Positions 32,601 through 43,152 of a stretch of DNA of 64,000 nt are shown here, piece by piece. Position 1 is the stretch's first letter. Each line of letters opens with the position of its first letter. A program made the position numbers and the translations under genes. The stretch is from assembly GCA_963849325.1 (NCBI GenBank), contig CAWKHF010000010.1, forward strand, positions 494,917 through 558,916. The letters are read 5' to 3'. A model generated the notes under the pieces. The model was not told where the DNA came from. It worked only from the letters and a program-made list of their open reading frames with translations, and did no database searches. This DNA comes from an uncultured Planctomycetota bacterium. GTDB lineage: Bacteria; Planctomycetota; Planctomycetia; Gemmatales; Gemmataceae.

Positions 32601-35349
32601 TCGCGGTCGCCGTGGTTGATGGTGTCGTAGATCACCGGCGTCTTGAGGTTCAGGGCCAGGTCGAACAGCCAGGTGCCGTTGGCGCGGGCCGTGCCGTACT
32701 CGGAAGTCGCAGCTACCGACTGCGTGGCGGCGTAGTCGGCGTCCAGGTTCCAGACGGCATCCTTTTTCAGGTGCGCGACCGGGACCGAAGCTGGCTCGAC
32801 GTGGAAGAGATCGGCGGCGAACGCCTGGATGTCGCTTTCCGGTATCCACGGCGCGCCGAGGTTGGCGTCGATGTCGCCGGGCAGCACGTCTTCCGGCTGC
32901 ACGCCGCGCAGAGCCTCGACGTTGCGGGCATAAGGGGGGCCGGCGCGTTCGGCGGCGGTGAGCTTGGCCCGCACGTTGCCGGAGAGGTAGGCATCGGCGG
33001 TCTGCCAGGTCTGCGATTCCGGGTCGTGAAAGATCAGGTCGCCCAGCTCGGTGATGATCGGTTCTTCGGCCTTGCCGTACAGCGTATCGATGTAAGGCAG
33101 GTCCACCATGCCTCGCTGGTTGAGGGAGACGAGCAAGCCTTCCTCGGCGCTCTTGACGTGGGTGACGGGCGGGGTCTTGCCCACCACGTCCTTGGTCATG
33201 ATGGCGGCCTTGCCGGCCTTGCCCGTTACCTCGTCGTAGTCCTCCAACGACATGACCAGCATGGCGTCCGGGTCTTCGCGGAACTTCACGAGGTTGGGCA
33301 TCCGGCGGATGGTATGGCCGTCGGTGGTTTCGCCGAAGGTGGTCTTGTTGATGGGGCCGTAGGTGAAGACGAAGCGGTCGTAGTCCCAATTGAGCGCCCG
33401 GCGCGCCTCCTGGCGGGCTGGTTCAGGCCAGCCTTCGTTCTGCGATTGCAGGACGCGGCGGGCCAAGTCGCGCAGGCGGATCAGGCCGGCCAAACGCCGG
33501 CCGGTCAACGAACCGCCGGCCGTCAGGGTCGTGCCGCCATAGACCACGGGCACCGCCTGTCCGTCGAGGGATTGGCAGATGGTGCGGTTGTCGGCGATAA
33601 AGAAGCTGCCTTCGCTGATGTGGCGCTCCGGCGGCGGGGGTGTGAAGGCGGCGGTCGGCTGTTCCTGAACCGGAGTCGCTTGTAGCGGAGCGTATTCGGG
33701 TAGGCGGTGGATCGCCTCTTTCAGCTGCTCGGTCAAGTCACCATTGCCGAGGACGCTGTAGCCCTCGCCGTAGAGCGTATCCTTGCTGGTCCAGGCACCC
33801 AGGACCATTTCGGGATGGTTCAGGAAGTAGCGATTGATCGGAACCTCCACGCTCCTCGATGGCCAGCGGGGCAACGCCGAGCCATTCGGGGTCGGCATGA
33901 TGGGCCGGCTCGTCCGGCGCTCGCTTGCGGAGGAAGAGGATGTCCGTGACCACGGCCGTGCCTTCCCGCTTGAAGGCGTCGGAGGGCAGGCGGATCGCTC
34001 CCACGAAGTCGGCTTTGTCGGCCAGATACTCGCGGATGGCGGCATTCTGCTTGTCGAGCGTGAAATGCGTCGTGACCAGACGCCAGCACGCCGCCGGGCT
34101 TGAGGGCGTCGATGGACTTGGCGAAGAAGTAGTCGTGCAGAGCGAGCTTGTGCCCGCGATAGTCGAGCTTCAGGTCGGCGAAGGGCACGTTGCCGATCAC
34201 CGCATCAATGCGGTCTTCGGGCAAGCGGGTATCGCGGAAGTTCTCGATGCGGATGTCCTGGTCGGGGTGCAGCGCTTTGGCGATACGACCCGAAATGCTG
34301 TCCAATTCCACGCCGATGAAACGCATTCCGTCCGGCCCCTGACTCATAAAGTTGCCGATGCCGCAGCCGGGTTCGAGGACGGTTGCATTTCCGGGAATTC
34401 CGAGGCGGGCGATACCCGCATGGATGGCCGCGATGACGGTCGGGGACGTGTAGAAGGCGTTGAAGGTGGTGCGTTTGGCGCTATCGTATTCCTCCGGCGA
34501 GAGCAACGTCTTCAATTCCTCGCCGAGAGTCTGCCAGCTGGCATCCTTGTAGCGGCCGGTGACAGGATCGGGGAAGATCGACAGGGCGACTGGCCCGAAC
34601 CCCGCGAAGCGGGCGAGGATGTGCTTCTCCTCCGGGGTGGCCGGTCGCTGCTCGGTCTCGATCCGCTTGACAGTGCGGATGGCGGCGAGAATGTCGCGGG
34701 CCTTGGCTTTTTCGCCGCTGGCGATGGGAGAAGGGGAGGTAGGCCAGGGCCGTTCCGCGGCGGCAGCGTGCCGGTCGGACGGCTCGGCGGCATGGAGCGG
34801 CGAGGGTTTCGTTGGGGTAGCCGGCTCCGGCGCTTCCGTTGCTTTTGGTGGCTCCGGGGCGGCGAGGACCGGATCGGATTGAGGAAGGGAATCGAAGAGC
34901 GAGGGTTGACGCCGTGCCGCCTTTACGCGGGCGGCGTATGACGGCGAACGAACGCCATTGCTGCTTCCAGAGAGAGTGGGCTGGCTGCGTCTGGCGGAGA
35001 CACGGGCGGCAAACGATCCTCCAGTTTCTTGAGGGCGATCTCCAGAGCCGCGCTCGCGATCTGGTTCGGATTGCTTCTCGGTTTCGCCAGGCTGAGGAGT
35101 TCCTTCCAGACTTCGTGGCTGGTCTTCAGTTCCTTGGCGTAGTGTTCCAGCGTCGGCAGCAGGCTCCGCGTTCTGCGGAGTTGCTCCTGCATCTCCGGTC
35201 GTTGCTGGAGGAGTTCGAGTACCATCGTCTTGTACAGCATTGTGACTTCCTTCTGGATCGGGGGTAACGGCGTCTGGTGGCTCAGGCGTATTGCCTGGGC
35301 CGGCTGGGAAGAGCAAGCGTTGTCGCCAGGAGGGCGGCTTCCGGGCCAT
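29605..35349 (-). CDS. DarB-like N6-adenine methyltransferase/SNF2 helicase (frameshifts ~34080, ~33850, ~32340; start uncertain)
   Basis: LEPGCGIGNF, GNVPF, YLSGNVRAKL, AHAVGAGKT, DEAH, ATGTPISN, QREGRILRQGN. Confidence 0.92.
34923..35240 (-). CDS. Helical hypothetical protein overlapping the DarB-like N-terminal extension in another frame
   Basis: AGAAGGAAG RBS; globular-looking MLYKTMVLELLQQRPE... Confidence 0.65.
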   Translation of the reverse strand: MLYKTMVLELLQQRPEMQEQLRRTRSLLPTLEHYAKELKTSHEVWKELLSLAKPRSNPNQIASAALEIALKKLEDRLPPVSPPDAASPLSLEAAMAFVRRHTPPA

Positions 35350-35447
35350 CGTCAGGAACCGTCAGGGAACTGTGGTTCCCGACTTCGTACTCCGCTAGGG
35401 GATCGCGGTTGGCCCTCGGTCGGGTCATTGGAGACGTACATCCTCGG

Positions 35448-35660
35448 CTCGATTCCTTGGTGAAATGCTACTTACAGGGTATACTATTTCAGCATTCTTG
35501 GCAAGCGTCATGAATGGGTGCTGGGATGCTTGCCCCTCTGCCTATCCCCTTTGCATGTCTTGATTACCCGATAGGGCGAGCAGGGCGAGCAGGGCGAGTT
35601 TGCCGCCGGGCCTCTTGCCTCGCACACTGTCAGTCGCCGTTTTCGGGACGGGTCCAAGAG
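35448..35660 (-). promoter_or_regulatory. Conserved upstream repeat copy 2 with sigma70 promoter
   Basis: TTGCCA-N17-TACCCT; includes agggcgag x3. Confidence 0.8.
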
Positions 35661-35757
35661 GTCAACATTAGCAGTTCTTTCGCGGTTGTCTGCACCTGAA
35701 TTAGATCGCCGTGCTGCTCCGCCGACAATTCCGTATCCAGCAGTCTTTCCGTCATCG

Positions 35758-37503
35758 TCACCATCTCATCGAGCGCCCGCGCAACTGTCGCTGAAAGTTT
35801 TCCAGACGGTCGCTGACAGCCTGAGCGGCTTGCTCCGCGCTCTGCCTGGCTTCAATCAACTCCCGTTCGCGGTTGACTTGCTCGCTGATGTCCAGAAAGG
35901 TGACGACGGCGCCGATCACCTGGCCGTTGCGGTGGATCGGGTATGACCACCATTCCACCGGGAAACTGGTGCCGTCGGCACGCCAGAAGACTTCGTCCTT
36001 CCCATGCGTCCGACAGCCTTCTCGGAATGCCTGGTAGATGGAACATTCCTCGATGGAGTAAGGTGTGCCGTCCGGGCGGCTGTGGTGGAACACACCATGC
36101 GTGTTCCGGCCCAGCAGATCACGCGGGTCTTGAAGTCCCAACAGGCTGGCGCAGGCCGGATTGCAGAAGGAGCAATTCCCATTGACATCAGCCCAGTACA
36201 TCGCCTCCGCAGTGGATTCGAGCAACAGGCGGATCTGCTCCTCGCTTTCCCGCAAGGCTGCTTCGGATCGCACCAGTTCGTCGGCCAGCCAGCCCTCGAC
36301 AGCGCGGGCCAGGTCCGCAGCAGTCTGGTAACGGTCGCTGGGATGATAAGCCATCGCCTTCAGGCAAACCGCCTCCAGTCCTCGCGGGATGTCGTCGCGC
36401 AGTTGGGAGGGCGCTGACACCTGCCCCTTGCGGACTTGCAATAAAACCTCCAGCGTATCCGCCCCCTGATAGGGACATCGGCCGACCAAGATTTCGTACA
36501 GGATGACTCCCAGCGCGTAGATGTCGGTCAACGGCCCGGCAGGGTGGCCGTTTATCTGCTCCGGCGAAATGTAGGCCGGAGTACCAAGGATTTGACCCGC
36601 CTGGGTCAGTCCCTGGTCCACGGCGGGAATGTCGAGGACTGACGGAGTACTACTGCCCGGTTCCAGCCACTTGGCCAAGCCCCAATCGAGCACAAGGGTT
36701 TCGCCGAAGTCCCCGAGCATGATGTTGCTTGGCTTCAAGTCGCGGTGGATCACGCTCTGAGTGTGGGCGAAGCCGATCGTTTGGCAAATGTCGCCGAAGT
36801 GCCGCAGCAGGTCACGGAAGGCCAAAGGGGTTGGCTGCTGGTGATACGCGGAAATGGCATCTTCCAGGGTGCGGCCATGCACGAACTTCATGACATAATA
36901 AGGCGTGCCGCACTCGTTTTCGCCAACGAGATGAATGGGCACGATCCCCGGATGGGTCAGTTGCCCCATGAGGCGGGCTTCGCGCACGAACCGCTCCCGG
37001 ATCTGGCGATCCGCAGCCAATTCCGGCCGCAGTTCCTTGATGGCGACTTCGCGGTTCAGCTTCGGATCGTGGGCCTTCCAAATCTGCCCCATGCCGCCAG
37101 TCGCGTGCAGATCCTTTCGCTCGTAACCGCTTGCGGGGAGGGCGGCGATGTAGGGAGAGGTCGTCCCCCCGGCCGGCGTGGAAAATGGCGCGACGGAGTG
37201 CTTGACGCCGAGACCCATCGAGGATGAGCCGGACAGCCGATGGATGGAATCGTCGGCGACAACATGGCTGCTCTGCTTTCGCAACTTCCGTTCGAGCAAC
37301 CGCTCCACATCGGCTCGGTCGTCCGCGGAGAGCCACCCGCGTTCCACGAGCAGATCGGCCAAAACACCGTCCATGCGGGTAGCCCATGCCGAGCAAGCGT
37401 CGGCAAACTGAAGGGCGTCCACCAAGCCGGCCTGCAAGGCAAGCACCCCGAAGTGCAGGTTCTGGTCGGCCGCCATAGGCATTGCTGACCTGTTTTCGGT
37501 CAT
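35758..37503 (-). CDS. Ser/Thr protein kinase with C-terminal PAS domain
   Basis: TGGMGQIW, VAIK, HRDLKPSN, DWG, YISPEQ; PAS (FWRADGTSFPVE). Confidence 0.92.
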   Translation of the reverse strand: MTENRSAMPMAADQNLHFGVLALQAGLVDALQFADACSAWATRMDGVLADLLVERGWLSADDRADVERLLERKLRKQSSHVVADDSIHRLSGSSSMGLGVKHSVAPFSTPAGGTTSPYIAALPASGYERKDLHATGGMGQIWKAHDPKLNREVAIKELRPELAADRQIRERFVREARLMGQLTHPGIVPIHLVGENECGTPYYVMKFVHGRTLEDAISAYHQQPTPLAFRDLLRHFGDICQTIGFAHTQSVIHRDLKPSNIMLGDFGETLVLDWGLAKWLEPGSSTPSVLDIPAVDQGLTQAGQILGTPAYISPEQINGHPAGPLTDIYALGVILYEILVGRCPYQGADTLEVLLQVRKGQVSAPSQLRDDIPRGLEAVCLKAMAYHPSDRYQTAADLARAVEGWLADELVRSEAALRESEEQIRLLLESTAEAMYWADVNGNCSFCNPACASLLGLQDPRDLLGRNTHGVFHHSRPDGTPYSIEECSIYQAFREGCRTHGKDEVFWRADGTSFPVEWWSYPIHRNGQVIGAVVTFLDISEQVNRERELIEARQSAEQAAQAVSDRLENFQRQLRGRSMRW

Positions 37504-37521
37504 AACACAAACTTCCACTGC

Positions 37522-38010
37522 CTACCGATCCGGGCTGAGATGGGCCTCCACCATCCAGAGCCATTTGTCGATGCCGCGCGAAACTTCCGTGAACACGTCA
37601 GACGTATCCGCATCGCCGAACTCATCCGCTTGGTTAATTGCTTCCCGAACGGACTTGCCGAATGTTGCCAGCGCGTTGGACAGAGCGGCCACATGATCGC
37701 GCCCGCTCGTGATGGTCAATGGATACTCGGGCAGGGATGATTTGGCCGCAACCGTCCGCGCCGTCCCTTCCACGGTTCCGCCCAGCTGCACCGCGCGTTC
37801 CGCGATCAAGTCCACATAATCCTCGACCTCTTCATTGATCTCATCGAAAAGCTTGTGCAGGGCGATGAACTCCGGCCCCTTGACGTTCCAGTGAGCTTGC
37901 TTGGTCTGGGTCTGCAAGTCAATGCAGTCCGCCAGCCTGCTGCCCAGCAGCACAACCGCCTTCGAGCGAACGCTCTCCGGAAGATCATTTTTCGTGGGGT
38001 GCAACCGCAT
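37522..38010 (-). CDS. dps: DNA starvation/stationary phase protection protein Dps
   Basis: AHWNVKGPEFIALHKLFD, DLIAER, DKWLWMVEAH. Confidence 0.95.
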   Translation of the reverse strand: MRLHPTKNDLPESVRSKAVVLLGSRLADCIDLQTQTKQAHWNVKGPEFIALHKLFDEINEEVEDYVDLIAERAVQLGGTVEGTARTVAAKSSLPEYPLTITSGRDHVAALSNALATFGKSVREAINQADEFGDADTSDVFTEVSRGIDKWLWMVEAHLSPDR

Positions 38011-38079
38011 CGGCGTCTCCTCTTTTTTGCTTGAGACTGTTCTTTCCGTGAGTTTCTAATCCACACGGCCTAGGATTGA

Positions 38080-38616
38080 TCAGGCTGCTTTTTTGCAGAC
38101 GACTTCCGTTGAAGCCGCAGCTTTCCATTGTGCGTGTTGAATGGCATTTGGCCGGTCGCCTGCGTCTTCGACGATACCGTCCACATATGCCGCGAACTCC
38201 ACATCGTACCACTCGCGCAGAATGGACCAGGCGGCCCTCATCCCAGGCGACACAAAAAGGCCAAGCAACGACCTTTTGAAGCTGTTGAAAGCCAGTTCAT
38301 CGAGCAGATGATCGCGGTGCTGAAGAAATGAGTCTTCCGCCCCCAAAAAAACCGCACGGCAATAGCCGATGAATTGTACCAGTTGGGTTGCAGTGACTTC
38401 CGTGTCGCCGTTCATGCAACGGTGATATGCCTCCGCGAAGTCCGTATCCATGAGACGCATCGCGATGTCGGCTGATCGACAGGCTCTTCCTTGCTGGATC
38501 AACGCCCGTTGGTTCTTCTCGGACTGCTGGATCTGACGCTTGAGTAGCAGCAAGGAAATCAGGACAGCAACGGCACTTACTGTACCTGCCAGAGTTGTCA
38601 GTACGGAAAGACTCAT
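38080..38616 (-). CDS. Hypothetical protein with N-terminal TM
   Basis: 178-aa ORF, TM then helical domain; TTGACA upstream. Confidence 0.7.
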   Translation of the reverse strand: MSLSVLTTLAGTVSAVAVLISLLLLKRQIQQSEKNQRALIQQGRACRSADIAMRLMDTDFAEAYHRCMNGDTEVTATQLVQFIGYCRAVFLGAEDSFLQHRDHLLDELAFNSFKRSLLGLFVSPGMRAAWSILREWYDVEFAAYVDGIVEDAGDRPNAIQHAQWKAAASTEVVCKKAA

Positions 38617-38729
38617 TTAGACCTCGGCTGATAGAGATAGATACAAGTCAAGGCTACTAATCAGCGGTGAGTTGAGTGTCAAGAGGAGTCTAATTTTGAC
38701 GGTCGCGGCTCGTTGAGTGTTTTGGGGTA

Positions 38730-39518
38730 TCACTCCGGCAATACTGCATACGTGTCTTCGTTTGCATTTATCCCCACGATCGACCGCTTGCCGCACACGA
38801 TACCCCCCTGCACGATTCCCATGGTCTCGTCCACCTTCATGAAGGCGTCTGCATTGTTTGGACTGATCTGCTCGGCGAAATGCTGGAATTCATCGCCCTG
38901 GAAATAGAGCGTGTGGTCGAACTCAGCACTAGCATTGACTTGGCCGTCGTGGATGTGCAAGGTGGGAAAGTAAAGTCCCTCGTCCATTTCGGTCGGGAAC
39001 TGGAAAGCCATGGGATGAATCCGCCGTGCAGTGCCATTGGCGCTCGGTTGGCCAGCAGGGCTCTCCTTGAGCTGGAAGACGGCAAATCCCCAGTCGCTGT
39101 ATTGCGGCAGCTGGTTCCAGGTCGCGGCCGGCAAACGAAAGCGAGCGTCCAGCCGGTCGAAATCGGCCAGCGTAGGCACAAAGCTGGCGATGAAATCGCC
39201 GACTGATTGCACCTCTAGTTTGATCCGCGTCGATCCAGCGTCGCCGACAATACCTTTGCCCAGTCCGACAATCGGTGTAGGAAAGCCCTTTTCCATGTCC
39301 TCGAAGAACTCGGGGTAGCCATTGAGGGGGATGAAGTCCAGCGCGTCCTCGACTTGGCTGCTGACCGGCAATGGAAGGATCATCGCTACTTCCGAGTCAG
39401 TGCTGACGCTCATGCTGTAAACAAGATATTGGGCAATTTCGTCTGCATCATTGACCGTCAGCCGGGCAAAAATCTTCGTCCCGCCGAGGTGAGAGACGCG
39501 GCCAGTGAAAATACACAT
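38730..39518 (-). CDS. Hypothetical protein
   Basis: GGAGGA RBS; motif-like MILPLP, HPMAF, FPTLHIHDG, FDH. Confidence 0.8.
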   Translation of the reverse strand: MCIFTGRVSHLGGTKIFARLTVNDADEIAQYLVYSMSVSTDSEVAMILPLPVSSQVEDALDFIPLNGYPEFFEDMEKGFPTPIVGLGKGIVGDAGSTRIKLEVQSVGDFIASFVPTLADFDRLDARFRLPAATWNQLPQYSDWGFAVFQLKESPAGQPSANGTARRIHPMAFQFPTEMDEGLYFPTLHIHDGQVNASAEFDHTLYFQGDEFQHFAEQISPNNADAFMKVDETMGIVQGGIVCGKRSIVGINANEDTYAVLPE

Positions 39519-39741
39519 GGATGATCCTCCGTTCGATATCCCTCAAATCCGTGCTTGACGTATAGGACATTAGCTTGGGCTATTTTACTGGCAAGTGCCT
39601 GGATGCCGCGCTCTCCGACTCTGTGAAAGCGAGCCGTGACTGCATGGGCGCGGAGCAGTAGAACCTGGCGACGGTGTACATCGCAGTAATCCACTTGCTG
39701 GCTGGAGTGGAGCACCGAGCCGCGCAGCCGCCCTGTGGTCC

Positions 39742-39759
39742 GCGATGGAGGTTATTCAT
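39742..39759 (-). pseudogene. Family 1 encapsulin stump (MNNLHR only)
   Basis: ATG overlaps the DyP 3' end; MNNLHR is the typical N-terminus of DyP-associated encapsulins; unrelated sequence follows. Confidence 0.65.
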
Positions 39760-40166
39760 GCTCGTACTTTCCTTTGAGTGAACTGATGCGGAGTGAGCCA
39801 TCCGGCGCCGGTGGGTTGGACGGAAGCCGCTCAATGCCGGACGACTCGGGAACCGTCGCGTCGGGGGCTCGTCGGCAGTCACATTGTCGAGAAACGTGGC
39901 GGATGGCACAAAGAACAGGTTGCCGGTGACTGCGCGGCTGAAATCCAGCAGTCGGTCATAGTTGCCGGGCGGCTTGCCGATGAACATATTCTTGAGCATT
40001 TGCTCGATGATTCCCGGAGACCGGCTGTAACCGATAAAGTAGGTGCCGAACTCGCCCCCTACCCGACCGAAGGGCATGTTGTCGCGCAGAATCTTGATCT
40101 CCTTGCCATCCTCCACGATCGTGGTGAGGGCGTTGTGTGCCGAGGACGGTTTGCTGGCATCATTTA

Positions 40167-41096
40167 GAGCCTATCCGAATAACCTGGTGACGAGTACAAT
40201 GTCTATAGTCCGTCGGCACTTGTGTCTCGATGACTGGCGTTGTGCGGAGGCTCTACCATGGACGAACGACCCATTCCGGACGATTGGCGTATCTCCGATG
40301 ACCTCTGGGAGGCCATCGCTCCGCTGCTGCCCGAACACCCAAACACACACCGCTTCGGCGGCGGTCGGCCCCGAAAGCCCGACCGTGTTCTGCATGGAAG
40401 CCATCCTCTTCGTGCTCCGCACCGGCTGTCAATGGAAGGCGCTGGACGCCACCAAGTTCTGCCCGGCTTCCACCGCCCACGATCGTTTTCAAGAATGGGT
40501 CCAGGCCGGCGTCTTCCGGGAACTCTGGGAACACGGCTTGATGGCCTACGACGACTGGAAAGGGATCGATTGGTCCTGGCTGTCGATGGACGGGTGCATG
40601 ACCCAAGCACCCCTTGGGGGGAAAAAGACGGGCAAAAATCCCACCGACCGGGCCAAGAAGGGCAGCAAACGCAGCCTGCTGACCGAGGCCGAGGGCATCC
40701 CGGTGGGACTGGCCGTGGACGGTGCCAACCGTCCGGACATGAAGATGGTCGAAGAGACTCTCGACAGCATCCCCGTGGAGCGTCCCGAGCCGACGCCCGA
40801 CGAGCCGCAGGGTCTGTGCCTGGACTTGGGCTATGACTATGACGAGGTGCAAGCGATTGCCGAAGAATTCTACTTCACGACGCATCTGCCGCCCCAGAAG
40901 GGAGCCGCGCAGCAGGTGAAGCGGAAGGCGGGCCGTAAGGCGAGACGTTGGGTGGCGGAGCGGACGCACAGTTGGATGAACCGATTCCGCGGCATTCTGA
41001 TCCGTTGGTGCAAGAAGGCCGAGAACTATATTGCCCTGTTGCATATGTCTTTCGCCTTCATCATTTACAAGCGTATGGGGTTAACCGGATAGGCTC
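40167..41096 (+). mobile_element. IS5-family element (IS1031-like), 930 bp
   Basis: TIR gagcctatccg / cggataggctc; TTA duplication at 40164-40166 and 41097-41099. Confidence 0.95.
40258..41092 (+). CDS. IS5 transposase (frameshift ~40390)
   Basis: LRTGCQW, SMDG, LDLGYD, RWVAERTHSW. Confidence 0.92.
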
Positions 41097-41782
41097 TTAG
41101 CTCGATGTCCGACAGCTTGGTGCGGCCGATGATGCGCTCCTGGTCCTCTGTGGGTAGTGCATTCCACCCCGCCAGATCATGGAGGTATTTCTGCACAATC
41201 ACATAGCTTCCGCCGGCAAACGCCGCATCCTCCGCGCCGATGAGCGTGGCGTCCATTGCCGCCTGCCCCGTGGGGTTTTCGGTCCCATCGACAAAACCCA
41301 GGAGATCGCGGGCGTCGAAGTAACGAAAACCATGCACCTCGTCCACCGCACAAACAGCGTCGCCGAGACGCGACACGATCTGCGTTCCTAGCTCAAAACA
41401 AAGGTCAAAATGCTGGGCACGAATGTGGAAAAGCAGATCGCCTGGTGTGGCGACGGCATGGCACTTGGGAGCGCGGATCTCGCGGAACGCGTGCAATTTT
41501 GCCGGTCGCGGCTGCCCGAAAAGCCGGTCCCACGCATCAGACCCAATTCCCAAGACGCACGAAAGGCCGGCATCCATGGCTCGAAATCCCACGGTGCGCA
41601 CAAGTGAGGCCAGGTCGCCGCACAAGGAGCGGACCCTCGTGCGCTGATCGGCGCCTGGGTTGATGGTTGCGACTAGGAAGAGCGCGGCGCGCGCTAACGG
41701 TGCGTTTACCGGCTGCGGAAGGGGGCTCACTTTCATGCCTCATTCAAAGATAGCACTGTGACGGTTTATGGAGCAAATTCTG

Positions 41783-42265
41783 CTAGCACAAGTGAGCTTC
41801 AGAACCCCGATCGAGAATGGCCCCCGCCTTCGCTTGCTGGGATGGGGCTCCAATCAGGCTTTGTGCGCTTCGGTCCGACACACGTCCGACACACCCACAC
41901 ATACTCAGGCTCTGCCAGACCGGTTTGAGATTCCTGTCTTTGAAGGCGACGGTATCGTTATGTTTTTCGTCCTTTGCACCGTACACGAGCGTCACGGTCC
42001 CGTGGCGCACATGCCCCAGGAGTTGCTCAACCGCATCACGATTCTTGTCAAGTTGCCGGAAATAGCGGTTGCGGAATCCGGCCCATCTCGCCGGGTCGTG
42101 GCCGAACCATTTCCAGAGTGCCGTGGTCGGCGCAATCTCCTTGAGCCAGAGATCGATTCGGGCGGAATGTTTGGACACGCCCTGCGGCGACAGACGGTCA
42201 ACAAGAATTCGGAATCCAGCGCTTGGTGTGACTGCTTCATACGCTCGCTTCAGCTTGATGACCAT
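41783..42265 (-). CDS. DUF488/YeaO-family protein, possibly degenerate C-terminus
   Basis: IKLKRAYE, RILVDRL, WLKEIAP, WFGHDP, TLVYGAKD..HN. Confidence 0.8.
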   Translation of the reverse strand: MVIKLKRAYEAVTPSAGFRILVDRLSPQGVSKHSARIDLWLKEIAPTTALWKWFGHDPARWAGFRNRYFRQLDKNRDAVEQLLGHVRHGTVTLVYGAKDEKHNDTVAFKDRNLKPVWQSLSMCGCVGRVSDRSAQSLIGAPSQQAKAGAILDRGSEAHLC

Positions 42266-42280
42266 AAGTCCTCTCCGGTA

Positions 42281-43123
42281 TCAGAGCATCTCCAGCGACC
42301 TCTTCTCGGTCGGTGGCGGAAACGTGCGCTCCAGTTCGGCAAGAATCATGAGGCGGAGGTCGAGGGCGGCGCGGTTCTCGCGGACGTGCTCAGGCGTCCC
42401 CGTTCGCGGAATGACGATGAGTCCGTCTTGCCGGAGCAGCCAAGCGAGCGCCACCTGGGCGGGTGTCGCGTCATGCCGCATCGCCACGCTCTCCAGCGCC
42501 GGATGACGGAGCATCCGGCCTTGCTCGATCGGCGAGTACGCCATGATCGGGATGGAGTGCTCGCGGCCCCAGGGCAGAAGATCGTACTCGATGCCGCGCC
42601 GGGTGAGGTTGTAGAGCACTTGGTCGGTCTGAACGGCCGATCCGCCCGGAAGGTCCGTGAGTTCTTCCATGTCCGAAACGTCGAAATTGCTGACGCCCCA
42701 ATGTCGGACCTTGCCGGCGCGGACCAGTAGGCCGAAAGCGTCCAGTGTCTCCTCCAAGGGCGGGCCGCCGCGCCAGTGCAGGAGATACAGGTCGAACCGA
42801 TCCGTCTTCAGGCGCCGCAGGCTGCGCTCGCAAGCGGTGATCGTCCCGCAATGTGTTGCGTTGTGCGGCAGCACTTTGCCGACCAGAAAGACTTCCTCCC
42901 GTCGTCCAGCAATCGCCTCACCGACGAGTTCTTCGGCGCCACCATCGGCGTACATCTCGGCGGTATCGATCAGCGTCATGCCGAGGTCGAGTCCGAGGCG
43001 CAGTGCCGCGATTTCGTCCGCTCGATGGTGAACGCCTTCAGCTAGATGCCACGTACCCTGACCGAGTACCGGGATCGCATCGCCGGACGGGAGCTTGATC
43101 GTGCGCATAGCAGTTGCTGCCAT
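42281..43123 (-). CDS. Aldo/keto reductase
   Basis: LGQGTW, IDTAEMY, DLYLLHW, GVSNF, AYSP. Confidence 0.95.
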   Translation of the reverse strand: MAATAMRTIKLPSGDAIPVLGQGTWHLAEGVHHRADEIAALRLGLDLGMTLIDTAEMYADGGAEELVGEAIAGRREEVFLVGKVLPHNATHCGTITACERSLRRLKTDRFDLYLLHWRGGPPLEETLDAFGLLVRAGKVRHWGVSNFDVSDMEELTDLPGGSAVQTDQVLYNLTRRGIEYDLLPWGREHSIPIMAYSPIEQGRMLRHPALESVAMRHDATPAQVALAWLLRQDGLIVIPRTGTPEHVRENRAALDLRLMILAELERTFPPPTEKRSLEML

Positions 43124-43152
43124 AACAATCCTCACTCAACAGGAAGGCGACA

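Larger units (their letters stand above)
39752..41736 (-). pseudogene. Dye-decolorizing (DyP) peroxidase interrupted by IS5
   Basis: GFVDGTEN, IIGRTK, ILRDNMPF; removing the IS and one TTA restores IEL-NDASK in frame; C-terminal DGSLRISSLKG. Confidence 0.93.
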
